Shown piece after piece: positions 11,326 through 25,250 of a stretch of 64,000 nucleotides of DNA. Every line of letters begins with the position of its first letter. Position 1 is the first letter of the stretch. The stretch comes from Narcine bancroftii. Lineage: Eukaryota. Both the position numbers and the translations under genes were made by a program. The stretch covers positions 107,136,001-107,200,000 of the forward strand of contig NC_091477.1 in NCBI RefSeq assembly GCF_036971445.1, given 5' to 3'. The notes under the pieces are model-generated. The model worked only from the letters and a program-made list of their open reading frames with translations, was not told where the DNA came from and did not search any database.

Positions 11326-11717
11326 TACATCTTGGGATGAGGAGTTCTGGATGTTTTTGAGAGAGGTTTGCTGATTTATTAATAAAAGTCATTATTCATG
11401 TGAAATATTTTTGCATTCACTTCTGATTAAAAAGGAACAGAATAATGAGCTGGAAAATTGGTAGGTGGAGTTTAATTTAGGCAAATGTGATTAGCTGCTA
11501 TTTGGAAAGTGCAAGAGGAAAGAACACAGTAATTGGGAGGAGCCTTTAGTGTATGGATATAGAGAGAGATCTTGAGGTATCAGTCCATAGCTCCCAGCAA
11601 ATGGCAACGCACATATGGGCATTCACTATAAAAGTTGCAGCTGTGCAACACTTTAGTTAGGCCACATTTGATGTATTGCGAGCAGTTCTATTACCAAACT
11701 GTAGGAGCTAATTTTTT

Positions 11718-14700
11718 TTGTGTACGTGGCTGAGGACATGGTGCAGTAGGGAGGGCTTCAGATTTCTACATCATTTGGCTCTGTTCCAGGGAAGGTGGGA
11801 TCTGTATCGACAGGATGGATTGCATCTGAACTGGAAGGGGATTAATATCCTTGCAGGTAGGTTTGTTAGTCTTGCCCCGATGGGTTTAAACAAGATTTGC
11901 AGGGGGAGGGGAACCGAATGTTAGAGCAGTTAGTGAGAAGGAGGAGGAGGATAGTCATGCTTGGACTGCATGTATAGACAGACATTAAAGGTTTGTACAT
12001 GATAGAATTTTTTTCAGGTGAATTTATTTTAATGCAACGAGTATTGCTGGAAAGGCTGGTGATTTTAGGGCATGAATTGACATGTGGGATTACGACATTA
12101 TTGCTATTACTGAGACTTGGTTGCAGGAGGAGCAGGACTGGCCGCTTAACGTTCTGGGGTTTTGTTGCTTCAGGTGTGATAGAGGGGGAGGGGTGAAAAG
12201 GGGAGCAGTGGCCTTGCTAGTCAGAGAAAATACCTCAGCTGTGAGAAGTCAGGACAGCCAGGAGGGTTTGTCTACAGAGGCCATATAAGTGGAGTTGAGG
12301 AACAGGAAAGGTGTGACCACACTGATAGGATTGTATTATAGACTGTCCAATAGTCAGAGAGAATTGAAGGAGTAAGTCTGTGGAGAGATAGCAGATGGAT
12401 GTAAGGAGCAGAAAGTTATGATAGGAGGAGATTTTAACTTTCCATATATTGACTGGGACTCCCATACCGAGAAAAGGTTGGGAGTTTGTGAAATGTGTCC
12501 AGGAAAGTTTTCTAAATCAATATATAGAGGTACCAATGAGAGGATGCAGTACTTGATTTCCTATAAGGGAACAAGACAGGTCAGGTGGCAGATGTACGTG
12601 TAGGCGAACAGTTTTGGTCCAATGACCATAATGTCATTAGCTTCAAGTTAATTATGGAAAAGGATGAATCTGGTCCTAAAGTTGGGATTCTAAATTGGAG
12701 GAAGGCAAATTTTGTGGAAATGAGAAAGGATCAAGGAAGAGTGGATTGGGATATGTTGTTTTTTGGCAAATGTGTTAAGTAATTGAATGGCCTTCAAAGG
12801 CAAAATTTTGAGAGCACAGAATTTGCATGTTCCTGTTCAGATTAAAGGCAAAATTAACAGGCATAGGGAACCCTGGGTTTTCAAGGGACATTGCCATTCT
12901 GGTTAAGAAGAAGATGGAGGTGCATAGCAAGTGTAGGCAACAAGGAGCTAATGACGTACTTGAAGAGTACAGAAAATGCAAGAAAATATTCAAGAAGGAA
13001 ATCAGGAAGACAAAAAGAGGACATGAAGTTGCTTTGGCAGATAATGTGAAGGTAAACTCGAAGGATGTCTATGAGCATGTTAAGAGTAAAAGGATACTAG
13101 GGGACAAAATTGGTCCTCAAGAAGATCAAAGTGGTCATCTGTGTGGAGCCTCACATAATAGGGAGATCTTAAAAAGGCTTTTTGCATCAGTATTTACTCA
13201 GGAAACTGACATAGTGCATAAGGAAGAAAGGGAAACAAGCAAAAGTGTCATGGAACATATGGAGATTAAGGAGGAGAAGGTGCTTTTGCCTTACAGTGAA
13301 TAAAGGTAGATAAATCCCCTGGCCTGGATATGATAATTCTTCAGACCTTGAGGTCTGAAATTGCAGGGGCCCTGACAAATATATTCAAAATGTCTTTAGC
13401 CACAGGTGAGATGCCAGAGGATTGAAGGGTTGCTCATGTTGTCCCATTATTTAAAAAAGCCTCCAAAAATAAACTAGGTGAGCCTTAAATCAGTAGCAGG
13501 TAAATTATTGGAAGGAGTTCTGAGAGATAGGATATATAAGTATTTGGACAGCCAGGGGCTGATTAGGGACAGTCATCATAGCTTTATGCATGGTAGGTCA
13601 TGTTTAACGAATCTTGTAGAGTTTTTCTAGGAGGTTGCCAAGAAGGTAGATAAAGGAAAGGCTGTGGATGTTTAGACTTTAGTAAAGCCTTTGACAAGGT
13701 CCCACATGGGAGGTTAGTTCAGAAGGTCAAGGTACTGGGTATCCATGGAGAGGTTGTAAACTGGATTTGAAATTGTTTGTGTGGGAGAAAACAGAGAGTG
13801 GTAGTGGATGGTTGCTTCTCAGACTGGAGGTCTGTGACTAGTGATGTGCTTCAGGGATCGGTGCTAGGACCATTATTGTTTGTTTTCTATATCAATGATC
13901 TGGATAATAATGTGGTAAACTGAATCAGCAAGTTTGCTGATGACACAAAGACAGGAGGCGTTATGGACAGCGAGGAAGATCTTTCAAATCTTGCAGAGGC
14001 ATTTGGGCCAACTGGGAGAATGGGCCAAAAATGGCAGATGGAGTTTAATGCAGACAAGTGTGAGGTTTTGCATTTTGGAAGGGCAAACCAAGGTAGGGCA
14101 TATACAGAAAATGGTAGGTCACTGAAGGTGTCGAGGAACAAAAGGATCTGGGAATATAGATACATTGTTTCATGAAGGTGGCATGGCAGGTGGACAGGGT
14201 TGTAAAGAAAGCTTTTGGCATCTTAGCCTTTATAAATCAAAGTATTGAGTGTAGGAGTTGGGTTGTTATGTTGAAGTTGTTTAATACATTGGTGATGCCA
14301 AATTTGGAATATTTTGTGCAGTTCTGGTCACCTAACTACAGGAAGGATATCAATAAGATTGAAAGAATGCAGAGAAGATTTACTAGGATGTTGGTGGGTC
14401 TTCAGGAGTTGAGTTATAGGGAAAGATTAAACAGATTAGGACTTTATTCCTTGGAGCAAAGAAGAATGAGGGGAGATTTGATAGATAGGGTTTTTCTGCT
14501 TAGATTGGGAGGTCATAGTTTTAAGTTGAAAGGGGAAAGGGGAAAGGTTGAGGGGGAACATTAGGGGAAAGTTCTCCACTCAGAGATTGGTGGGATTGTG
14601 AAATGAGCTGTCATCTGATGTGATGAATGCAGGCTCGATCTTAAGTTTAAGAATAAATTGGATAGATACATGGATGGGGGAGGTCTGGAGGGGTATGGAA

Positions 14701-14790
14701 TGGGAGCAGGTCAGTGGGACTAGTGGAATAGTGGCCAGCAGAGACTAGATGGATGAATAGCCTGTTTTATGTGCTGTAGAATTCTATGCT
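11718..14790 (+). mobile_element. CR1 LINE of ~3.1 kb (ORF1 esterase C-terminus, APE endonuclease, RT, tail) with many stops and frameshifts
   Basis: Motifs WCSREGFRFL..DLYRQDGLHLN, DIIAITETWL, GGDFNFPYIDW, MEFNADKCEVLHFG and QFWSPNYRKDINKIERMQRRFTRM; tail ttctatgc; an older CR1 piece precedes it at ~11440-11705. Confidence 0.95.
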
Positions 14791-15067
14791 TATAATGTGA
14801 GTGGTGTCTATATTGCTGGGGAGAACTAATAATCTGAATATTTGGGTTCCAACAATTTATCCTTTTTAATTCTTCTTCAACTTCGGAGAAATGGTGCAAA
14901 TAATTATTTTTAACACTTTGTGAAATTGCTCAATATATTTTGCCTGAATACAGATGAAGTCATGTAAGTGCTCAGGAGAACTTCATAAAATTCCTGCAAG
15001 GCCACGTCAAGGAATATGGAGCAAGTCCAATAGGAATGTCATTTGCAAATAGAATAATCATCTACTC

Positions 15068-16201
15068 CACACATGTCAAACTCTGGCCCGCGGGCCAAAT
15101 TTGGCCCACGATATAATTATATTTGGCCTGCAAGATCAGATTAAATATATATTAGAGTTGGCCCGCTGGCCGCCACGCCAGTATATTGCATGCACACTGA
15201 AGGTGAAAATGAAGACGCCGGAGGTGTGGAGGGATCTCAGAGTCCCGAATCCCGGGGATAAGAACGTCGCACTCAGCCCGCCCGGCTCCCGGACACACAG
15301 ACGCGGCTGGAGTTGGGGACCATCCTCGCTGGGTCTGCCCTTCAGCGGCGAGCCGGACCGAACGTCTCGTTGGCGATGCCTTCCCCCTCGCTCCGTGCGC
15401 GGCAGACCCTGCCTCCCGCTCCTTTTGTTGGAGACAAGCCCGGCACCGTGAGATCACAGTTTAATCCCTCTCCAACCATGGGAGGGGGGTGGGAGCAATG
15501 AGTTCTTCTCAGCCAATTCCTCCACCGCCCCGGACGCCGGCGTTTCAACGGGGGGTTTGGGTGCCTTTGTCAGGCGACTGACCTGTTGGTCCAAGACAAG
15601 GGGAGAGTGTACAAACTCCACATAGACAGCACCTGAACTCGGGTGAACATGGAGCTGCGACCCCACATTCCACATCAGGACTGTGTGTAAGATTGGGAGC
15701 AGTGAGACAGAAGCTTATTTTGTTCCTGTGATTTAAACCTTTCTTGGGGTGGGGTGGAGGGGTCCTTCTCTGACGACTTGCCTAACAATTAACCTAATCA
15801 GATGTGGAGTTACCACAATACAACAGTTCTCAACCTTTTTCTTTCCACTCGAGTCCCTGTGCCATTGGTGCTCTGTGATTAGTAAGGGATTGCTTAAGGT
15901 GGTCTGTGGGTGGAAAGAAAATGTTTGAAGACCACTGCTTTAATCATCCCTCATTGACTCGTCATGTGCACGGTTTCAGAACGCTAAAGGAAATGGGCCA
16001 ATGACAATGACAATGAAAGAGTTTATCCAAAACTATTATTAAACATTTATTTTAATAAGAAAAAGTTTAACATTACATATGTTGAAAGAAGAGAAAACAT
16101 GCAGATGTTGTTGAAAATTTTCAATAAATATTTAGTTCGGCCCTCGACTTAGTTCAAGTTTTTAATTTTGGCCCTCCGTGAATTTGAGTTTGACACCCCT
16201 G
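15068..16201. mobile_element. Non-autonomous hAT (Charlie-like) element, 1134 bp, with nested SINE and MITE pieces
   Basis: TIRs cacacatgtcaaactc / gagtttgacacccctg; perfect 8-bp TSD ATCTACTC at 15060-15067 and 16202-16209; subterminal ggcccgcgggcc motifs; CpG-rich core. Confidence 0.92.
15824..16010. mobile_element. Partial copy of the compound hAT MITE family (one unit plus spacer)
   Basis: cagttctcaacc..ttgaagaccactg followed by the reverse complement of the 5840-5948 spacer (cctcattgact..tgtgcacggtttca..atgggccaatgacaa). Confidence 0.8.
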
Positions 16202-16724
16202 ATCTACTCAGTTTTAGATGACCAGTTAGAAGCATGATAGAGGATAATCAGCCTATGATAACTCAATGACAAAGAATGCAACATCACTGTCAGAAAGATA
16301 ATAGGAATGTTGCAATTACATCAGTATCCTGCAAACCAAAAAATGTTCCCATTGCTTATTGCGAATGAATGATGCCTACTGAAAATTCCACATCCTAACA
16401 GGGTGGATAAGGCTTGGATATTCCTGGATAATGCACATATTCCAAAAGCCATCTAGTTGCCTCCCATGCAACATCATTTAGATTATTTACCACATGATCT
16501 AGCCTCACATTTGAGGCAAGTTGCTGTTGTTTACGACATGCATTTGAAGGAGATGGTACAATAAGTGGAGGGAAGTGGAAGAGACAGTAAGTGGAGGGAA
16601 GTGGAAGAGATAAGGATAACTGAAGGAACAAACAAGTTTAAAGGAATAGGTTGGTAATGAAATTGTAATCCCTTGATTTTGATGATATTTTGGGAAATGG
16701 ATGATTTTTTTTTCACAATACAAT

Positions 16725-16865
16725 CCTAAGCATGTGAGGAGTTTGAGTAGATTTGGTATGTCCTCGAAGATTCTTGAAAACTTCTACAGGTGTACCATGG
16801 AGAGCATTCTGGCTGGTTGCATCTCTGTCTGGTACGGAGGTGCCAATGCTCTGGACAAGAAAAGA
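16725..16865 (+). mobile_element. Rex1/Babar RT fragment
   Basis: Translation RSLSRFGMSSKILENFYRCTMESILAGCISVWYGG. Confidence 0.8.
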
Positions 16866-17971
16866 CGATTGTTAATAAGAAAGCATCTGCTACCTCACTG
16901 GATGAAGATGTCGCACCAGCTCATGTCCTGAGCTGTCTGATAAAACTCATCAACATCTGAGACATTTAGAGTTAACCCATGAAGTGCTGAAGTAGCTGTA
17001 CTAAGAATGGATGTAACACCCTACATTTCAGCCCATCTTACTGTGAATGCAAAGTGGAGGTGTCTCCTTCTGCCTATCGATAGCAGTAGCAACGCTTCAC
17101 TGGAATACCCAATCAAGGTATCTTATGAAGATGCGACAAGAGAAGTTCAGCTGAAAAGATGTACAGATATCTCTATCGAACGAATACAGCAACAAGGTAT
17201 CAAATACCATCAAAGTAGTAGTGACAAGGTTAATATTGATTATTTCTATTTTTATTATGATTTATAGTTTCTGAAGCTAAATGATAACACATAATTTGTG
17301 AAAACAAGCTTATATATACAGATTGAATTCATATGTTTACCAGCTACCAACTGTAACCGCTTTCAAATGGAGTGTACATAATCACTGTTTTCTGAGTCCA
17401 TTATTGGAACTCACCTGGAGTGGGAGAATTTCATTTCTTTCACTTATTGAGGCAAATTGAAAGACAAACTTTGCCAAACTTGCTATATTTAGTGATTCCT
17501 CATGGGTTAATCTCCAGTAATAGTACAAGAAGAGAGAGTCAGATTCAGTAAGAGATATTGTAGCTGGAAAGATTAAAGGTGTTCAGTGAAGGGTGCAACA
17601 GTTAAGATTTATTGAACGGGCAGGATTATTCCAACATAAAGCCAGTTAAATATGAGAGTTGTCAAAGCATTGTATTTTTCATCAATTGTACTTCTATCTG
17701 TTGTTAAAAAAAGATAAATTGACAGCATTACACAGAATCACAATGAATTTACATCAAGTAGAAGTGATAAATGTAATTTATGCTTTAGGGTTTCCCACTC
17801 TACTTATTTTATCCCTTTAATTAGTCACCTTCCTCAATATGAGCCTCTTCTCTAACATTTGGAGGCTTTGAAGCGCCCCCCACCCCCTGCCCCCCTTCCC
17901 CATATCGTGAAGCAGAGGGTTCTCTTATTCGGAACCAGTGATAATAAAAGATTGCCAGTATTTTCCAAATA

Positions 17972-19927
17972 TAGTCATGCAGTGCATACAATCCATTTGG
18001 GCATCATCTGACCACATCTATGTCTGTGGTCCCAGAAGGTTATAATAGAGTTCAGAAATCCCGATCGGAGAATGAGACGTAGCAGATGTAACTGGACTTA
18101 GTGAAAGCGACAACTTCCCTCATGTAACACTTGTTTCTCATGTTTCTTGTATACAAAGCGATTGCGTTGCCAGGCGTATAATGGTACAGTACATATATAA
18201 CCTATAATACATATGTCTTGTCTTTGGCTTGGCTTCGCGGATGAAGATTTATGGAGGGGTAATGTCCATGTCAGCTGCAGGCTCGTTTGTGGCTGACAAG
18301 TCCGATGCGGGACAGGCAAACACAATTGCAGCGGTTGCAAGGGAAAATTGGTTGGTTGGGGTTGGGTGTTGGGTTTTTCCTCCTTTGTCTTTTGTCAGTG
18401 AGGTGGGCTCTGCGGTCTTCTTCCAAGGAGGTTGCTGCCTGCCGAACTGTGAGGCGCCAAGATGCATGGTTTGAGGCGATATCAGCCCACTGGCGGTGGT
18501 CAATGTGGCAGGCACCAAGAGATTTCTTTAGGCAGTCCTTGTACCTCTTCTTTGGTGCACCTCTGTCTCGGTGGCCAGTGGAGAGCTCGCCATATAACAC
18601 GATCTTGGGAAGGCGATGGTCCTCCATTCTGGAGATGTGACCTACCCAGCGCAGTTGGATCTTCAGCAGCATGGATTCGATGCTGTCGGCCTCTGCCATC
18701 TCGAGTACTTCGATGTTGGTGATGAAGTCGCTCCAATGAATGTTGAGGATGGAGCGGAGACAACGCTGGTGGAAGCATTCTAGGAGCTGTTGGTGATGCC
18801 GGTAGAGGACCCATGATTCGGAGCCGAACAGGAGTGTGGGTGTGACAACGGCTCTGTAGACGCTAATCTTTGTGAGGTTTTTCAGTTGGTTGTTTTTCCA
18901 CTCTTTTGCGTAGTCTTCCAAAGGCGCTATTTTCCTTGGCGAGTCTGTTGTCTATCTCATTGTCGATCCTTGCATCCGATGAAATGGTGCAGCCGAGATA
19001 GGTAAACTGGTTGACTGTTTTGAGTTTTGTGTGCCCGATGGAGATATGGGGGGGGCTGGTAGTCAATGGTGGGGAGCTGGCTGATGGAGGACCTCAGTTT
19101 TCTTCAGGCTGACTTCCAGGCCAAACGTTTTGGCAGTTTCCGCAAAACAGGACATCAAGCGCTAAAGAGCTGGCTCTGAATGGGCAACTAAAGCGGCATC
19201 GTCTGCAAAGAGTAGTTCACGGACAAGTTGCTCTTGTGTCTTGGTGTGAGCTTGCAGGCGCCTCAGATCGAAGAGACTGCCATCCGTGCGGTACCGGATG
19301 TAAACAGCGTCTTCATTGTTGAGGTCTTTCGTGGCTTGTTTCAGCATCATGCTGAAGAAGATTGAAAAGAGGGATGGTGCGAGAACGCAGCCTTGCTTCA
19401 CGCCATTGTTAATGGAGAAGGGTTCAGAGAGCTCATTGCTGTATCTGACCTGACCTTGTTGGTTTTCGTGCAGTTGGATAACCGTGTTGAGGAACTTTGG
19501 GGGGCATCCGAGGCACTCTAGTATTTGCCAAAGCCCTTTCCTGCTCACGATGTCGAAGGCTTTGGTGAGGTCAACAAAGGTCATCAAAAACATATGTCTT
19601 GATAGTCATAATAAATGCCTATGTTACTGGCTTATGTGTGCACTTGTACTTTCTATTGTAAATTTAATGTGAACATTCCTTCCTTACAAATAAAAAGTTT
19701 ACAGTACTGTGCAGTATAAACCTACTGAACCCATATATTACCTTGACAGATACATTAGCTGAAATACGGTACTGTATGTGTACAGTATCTTGGCTATTTT
19801 GTCAATACAGGTACACTACGTATCCCATATAGCTTTGCTGTATATAATATGTTATTCGCACAACACCAAATCACATAACGTCCTATTTCACAAAAAAGTA
19901 TCGTGAACGTTAAGCGACACATGACTG
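17972..19927. mobile_element. Tigger3/MER7-like non-autonomous DNA transposon split by an RTE insertion
   Basis: The left end (ta)tagtcatgc..gtggtcccagaaggttataat and right end cgttaagcgacacatgactg resemble Tigger3/MER7 termini (cagtcatg). Confidence 0.65.
18221..19581 (-). mobile_element. RTE-clade LINE, 5'-truncated, young
   Basis: Motifs FVDLTKAFD, GVKQGCVLAP, LLFADD and C-terminal CNRCNCVCLSRIGLVSHKRAC; 12-bp TSD ACATATGTCTTG at 18209-18220 and 19590-19601. Confidence 0.96.
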
Positions 19928-20046
19928 CAGCTATTATTGGTGATTCAAAGTGTGTTACTCTGTACTTCCCATATTGCTAGGCAGTTGAAATTGTAGGTAA
20001 GAGGCGCTGTTCAAGTAGTTTGTTGGTGCTTATATTTAAGGTGTGG

Positions 20047-20188
20047 TAAAAACACAAAGAAATGCTGGATGAATTCAGCCAGTCTCGCAGCATTCATTGT
20101 TGGAGGTAAAGATATATTATTGATATTTCAGGCCTGAGCCCTTCTTCAAGGAATAAGCATGGAACAGGAAGGCATCAGAATAACATTC
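20047..20188 (-). mobile_element. Short Penelope pLTR-end insertion with hammerhead-like core
   Basis: 9-bp TSD AAGGTGTGG at 20038-46 and 20189-97; the minus strand reads ccttgaagaagggctcaggcctgaaatatc. Confidence 0.75.
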
Positions 20189-20899
20189 AAGGTGTGGCTC
20201 TGGTGGAGGCAGTAATTATTTGGGGAATTACATATGTATTGCTTTTTTATGGAAGATGCTGAGTTTACTGAGTGTTATAGGAACTGGATTCGTCCCGGCA
20301 AGGAGTGCAAGTACCTACATGTTCCTTGTAGAAAGACAAGAGAGAGAGAGAGACCTTGACACAATCACTAGAGGGAGCCCATTTCTGACCTGATTTTGCA
20401 GTTACTGCTTTTATGTGAATAATCCAGTTGAGCTGGTCGGCGTTAGGCTATGTATTACAACCAAAGGTCAAATTTTGGCAGTTAGTCTCTCTCTCTCTTG
20501 TTGGAAATATTCAATCCTAGGTATCTGAGCATCACTGTATCACTCACCACTTACCATGCCAAACCAATACGTTGCCCATGGACTGCTGTATGCAGGCATT
20601 GTTTGTTTCATTTTCACATGAGTTGCAGATAGATCTAAACCATGGGCACTCATTGTGATGTGTTGTTACTTCACCTCAGTAAATCTATCATTTAAAACAG
20701 AAATGTGATAGTGGTATTAAACATTTACATTGCCTTATCCAATTGCACTTGTCAGTCATTGTTCTATCACTGGCATTAGAAATAATGTGGAGATCCTACT
20801 AAAGAAAATTTAAAAAAAAATTGTTTAGGACATGTTTGATAGTATTGGGACTGTTGAAGATAGCATCCAATCTCCTCCACTGGATCAGAAAATCCAGCC

Positions 20900-21670
20900 A
20901 TATTCAAGATTCTAACCATTTATTATCATGCAATAAAACAGGTGTAACATCACTCAAAATTGGCTTTGCTGTAAGGCAGACAAAGATTCACCATCAGCAG
21001 AAATTGCCCAGTGCCCCTTACATTCAGAGAAAGAGAAGCAAAAGAGAGTCTCTTCACAATCACTGAGTGTCTGTGGATTTGCCCACATCGCTGCCGCAGC
21101 CACAGACTTCAGTCCCAACCATCGGCAACCTGAACTCCAAATCCAAACCTCTGATAGGATCAGGAAATCTTCAGTACACTCAGCAGCCCCTTGCATCCTA
21201 GTTCCTATACTTGATATCCCTTCAGCCAGTCTTGAGCTAGTCTCCAACAGTCCGCCACCTAGTGTGAGTCCTTGGACAGCGTCGCCAACAGTCCCCAGAC
21301 TGCGTGGGTTCCTCGCCTTGCATCACCAACAGCCCGCAGCCTCTATGTTCTTCAGCCACTGAGCCTCTCATGGGTCCACCCCACGGTCACCATCCCATGG
21401 GCTGTCTCCCCTGCACCTTCTCCTCATTTTCTAGTGCCCTATGGCAATCCTTTGCTTCCCCAGTCTATAACCCCTTGAGGCTGCTGCCGAACACAGGCAC
21501 TGCCCCCTTGGGAACAGACCTCGTGGTCACAGGATTTTAAAATAAAGTAGTGTCAGCTCCTTTAACAGGCCATTTAAAGCCTGTATGGAGCTGTCAGTAG
21601 TTGGTAGAACCCTGCAAAGGAATGCCAAGTCTCTGCTCCCCACTCTCCACGGGTCTGCACCAGTGGCAGA
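20900..21670 (-). mobile_element. Non-coding ~0.7-kb retroposon (same family as 44290-44950)
   Basis: Shares ctccatacaggct...gttaaaggagctga...aaaatcctg...cccaag and the 3' tail with the 44.3-kb copy. Confidence 0.65.
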
Positions 21671-24409
21671 CCCATTATTTTTTCCCATTATGCCCACCAA
21701 TAGGACCATTGATGAGTCAGTCAGAGAATTTTCCTTTCTTATATTAATTACTCTGTTAGGTGATTTTCTCCAGTTGTTTTTCATGTCTTTTTCCAATCAA
21801 TTGCATCACACAACATCCTCTACATGCTGGACAGGAGGTCAGTCACCCACTGACCATCAAGTAGATAAGTGAAAGTCAATTCATTATCTGTGGATGATAT
21901 GATACGTCAGCAATGGAATCTCATGTAACCAGAGACACAAGTGCAGGGTGGGAAATGGATCTTTTCAGCAGATGTTCCAGCTACAGCCAATATGGATAGG
22001 AAGAATGTCAGCAAGTGAGGGACGATTGTATGTTTGGAGGAGGGTATTGTCGGCAGATGATATCAAAGGAGATGATTGAGATTTATAAGATGGAGGGATA
22101 ATGCATCATTTTTCTGTAATGGAGAATGTGGATTTGTTTTGCTCATTCTGATGCTGTGAACTGACATAGAATCCTGTTAGGAGAGATACAAAGGAACCCA
22201 TGGAACTAATGAGTGAAGGTGATCAAGGCAAGAATATGTTCAAGAGGAGAGACGGAGGGGAGGCAATGGTTTTTAAAATGGAGGGATTCAGGATGTATTT
22301 TGAAATTGATGATAATATGGCTGTTTTGACATTTAATGTTAGTTGATGCAGCTGACCTTTCCAAGGGCACTAAAATAATATTTAAAGTCTTGGTTGCAAT
22401 CCAAAATAAAGATGATCAAATGTTACAATAACATTTGAAATGACTCCATCCCCACCTTACAATCTGTACAATATTGTGGTTTTATTCAGATGATTATTTT
22501 CCACTTTGGAATGCACTGCATTTTTTAGTACATTATGTTATGGAAGACAAATATTTCCGCATAACTTTGATTCACAATTAATAATTAAATCTTGTCTGAG
22601 CTTATGTCTCTGACAGAAGGCTGACAGCTAAAGTATTCCTTTAATCTGAAGATTTAAAAAAATGTATTGTTTAACTTGAAAAATTAAATATCTCCATTTT
22701 GTAACTGGAATCTCATGGAAGATAAATTGGATCTGATTAATGAAATAGAGGAGACAACTGCAAGAAAGTAGCATTTCACTGATTTACTCAGCTGAGTTTG
22801 AAGTGGCAGATTGCTGGTGTTTTGTTCGAGTAAACCAGGAGCTTGGACAGGCATTAGAATTAATTTGAGGTTTGGAATTAGTTGAGGAAAAAAAAAATTG
22901 AACAAATCAAAAAAATGTTTTTCTGGATGCTGGCTGCTTGTTTGGAATGTGAAGTCAGTATTTATACTGAGAAGTCAGAATGAAAATTGATTTCAGAATG
23001 AAATGGGGAGGTAGGGAGGTATGTTACTGGATTCCTAATGCAGAGGACTGGGCTAATGATCAGATGCCAAGAGAGATTTACATTCAGTTAATTAACTATA
23101 TTCATCCAGAATGAAATGGCAGTACCTGGTACATGAATTTCATTTAAGGAAGAAATATTACCATCTTAACCACATATTTTTTATGCCAAATATGTTTCTT
23201 TAGAATCACATTGCTGTTGGTTAATTTGACTCTAAACTGATCCAACAAACTGCTCAATTGAAGAACAGATTGGCAATAATATGCTGGCTTTGCCCCTGCA
23301 GCTCACACTCAATACATAAAAGTTCTCTTTAATAAGGTATCAGGTATCGATGAGTCATGGAGATTTCCATCTGTTCTCTTCTTCCCAATGTTAGTACTTT
23401 GCTGCAAAAGGACAGCTGGTGTGGTCCTGATCAGGAGACCCTAGAAGGTCCTCGAATCAGAACATGAATTGATCCAATTTGGTCAATATTCCTCAAATTC
23501 TGCAGTCTCGCATACTTCTTTTGGCTAAAATGCTCAGTTCCCTTTCGCTGGATTACACATGGTGAGATAGCTACCCTAAAGAATATTCACCTTTAGACGT
23601 GTCTCTGCATTTGAGAGAAAACAACACCACACTTTGTATTGAAACAGAAAAGGGCTGGAAACACTCAACAGGTCAGGTAGCATCTGTGGAAAGAAAAACT
23701 GATCAGTGACCCAACAGAATAGTTTTTTGTAGGCAGGTTTGGGAGGGCAGCTTGGGACAAATTAAATATCAGTGTTTCTCTTTCCATAGATGCTGGCTTG
23801 ACCCACTGATTGCTTCCAACATTTTCTATTTTTGCTTCAGAGTTTTTGATTTTCACAATTCTTTCTAACTAGTTCAGCGCAAGTTTAATTCAGTAAACTG
23901 ATAACTTGTGTTTTATTGCCTTTGATTTATGGCTGGCTTGAGACTTTCTCCAATTAACTTCCATGTATGAACCTTGCTCAGTGCACCATGACAAAAACAC
24001 TGATTGTCATATTTTCAGTCTAGGTCATTCTGATTACTCTTCTGCTGGTTGGGATTAACACACTCAATTCTGACTGCGTCTATTATAATTTAGAATAATA
24101 AGGAAATCTCGTGGATGTTCTCTGACTGGTAGAAAAGGTGAAACATAAGTCTTTCTGCTTGACATCATTGAAGCCTGAGTCATGCCTGTGGAATGCCATC
24201 CCAAAGATAAACGTGCATTCCCTTAAACCTGGCTGTACCTGCTCATTGTTCAGTTCACCACTGGATTTTACATCAGTGGGATATCTGTGCTCAGGTACGT
24301 CTTTGCTTTGCTCGTCTCAAATGGAAGTTTACCCTCTTGATTTTTGAGGAGAAGGGTGTTAAATTTATACGAGGGAATAAGTAGATTAAAATGCTGTCAT
24401 AGAGTATCC

Positions 24410-24640
24410 TCCTTCTTGGCAGCTCCTTCAGAGAGAGAATGACTGGCAACCACTCCAGTTCTGTAGGTTCTGAGATGACAGACAAGGTGAGTGCAGGAAT
24501 TTATAGGGCAGGAGGTGACTAGTGGGATGGACTGGTGGATGCTCTGTGAGATTGTGTGCGGTTTCTGCTGGACTTTTGTAAGAGAATGTGCTCTCTTTCT
24601 GATGGGTTTTTGTGTGAAATGGTGCATTCTTTCTTATAAT
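24410..24640 (-). mobile_element. Old RTE 3'-end remnant
   Basis: Minus translation SCPINSCTHLVCHLRTYRTGVVASH resembles a degenerate RTE C-terminal zinc motif and tail. Confidence 0.5.
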
Positions 24641-24739
24641 TTTTGAGCCAGGGTGTGAGGTCAAAATCTTTAAACACCTTTTATCTCAGTTAATTATAGT
24701 TGTATTGGCACATGATAGAAAATGGTACTTCAGTTCTGT

Positions 24740-25250
24740 ACCCCACTTCCATGCTGACATATCTCTCCATGGTATCATGCACTTTTCCAACCAACATCAC
24801 TCTTAAATTGGAGGAACAACACTTGATTTTCCATCTGGGCACTCTCCAGCTGGATGGCATTAACATCAACTTCTCTGGTTTCTGCTAACCTACTCTCCAT
24901 TCTTCCTGTTCCTTCTCCCTTTGTCTTCTGTCCTCCAGCTCTTCACCCCCTTCCCTCTTCATTCACAGAGCCATCCCTCCTTCTCCTGCAAACTGGTGTT
25001 CCCTCCCTCCCTGATCCACCTATTACTTCCTGCTTATGGGTCTGTGCTCCTCCCCTTGACCCACCCTCTCCCACCATTTTTTTCGGGTGCCTGCTGACAT
25101 CTTTCCATACCTTGATGAAAGGCTCAAGCCCGAAATGTTGGTTATGTATCTTTATCTTCACTACATAAAGTACGCTGTTTGACCTCCTGATTTTCTCCAG
25201 CATTGTGTTTTTACTTCAACCACAGTGTCTATAGACTTTCGTGTTTTACC
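24740..25250 (+). mobile_element. Penelope-like element 3' end
   Basis: Translation KLEEQHLIFHLGTLQLDGININFSGF*; core cttgatgaaaggctcaagcccgaaa at 25111-25135. Confidence 0.88.

Larger units (their letters stand above)
14850..16560 (+). mobile_element. Highly decayed pogo/Tigger-like transposase fossil, interrupted by the hAT element at 15068-16201
   Basis: Around 16400-16500 it translates, across frameshifts, to DKAWIFLDNAH..LPP.ATS.., resembling the pogo DDE segment (L.LDNA..H..LPPNTTS..QP.D). Confidence 0.4.

Noticed and set aside
15101-15675. Cluster of overlapping ORFs or a CpG-island promoter
   Set aside because: It lies entirely within a TSD-bounded hAT element and is a GC-rich artefact.
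16562-16610. 23-bp direct repeat with a 26-bp period
   Set aside because: It is a simple two-copy local tandem duplication with no further structure.
24402-24486. Exon with a strong donor (caag|gtgagt)
   Set aside because: It overlaps an antisense RTE remnant and has no partner exons or homology.
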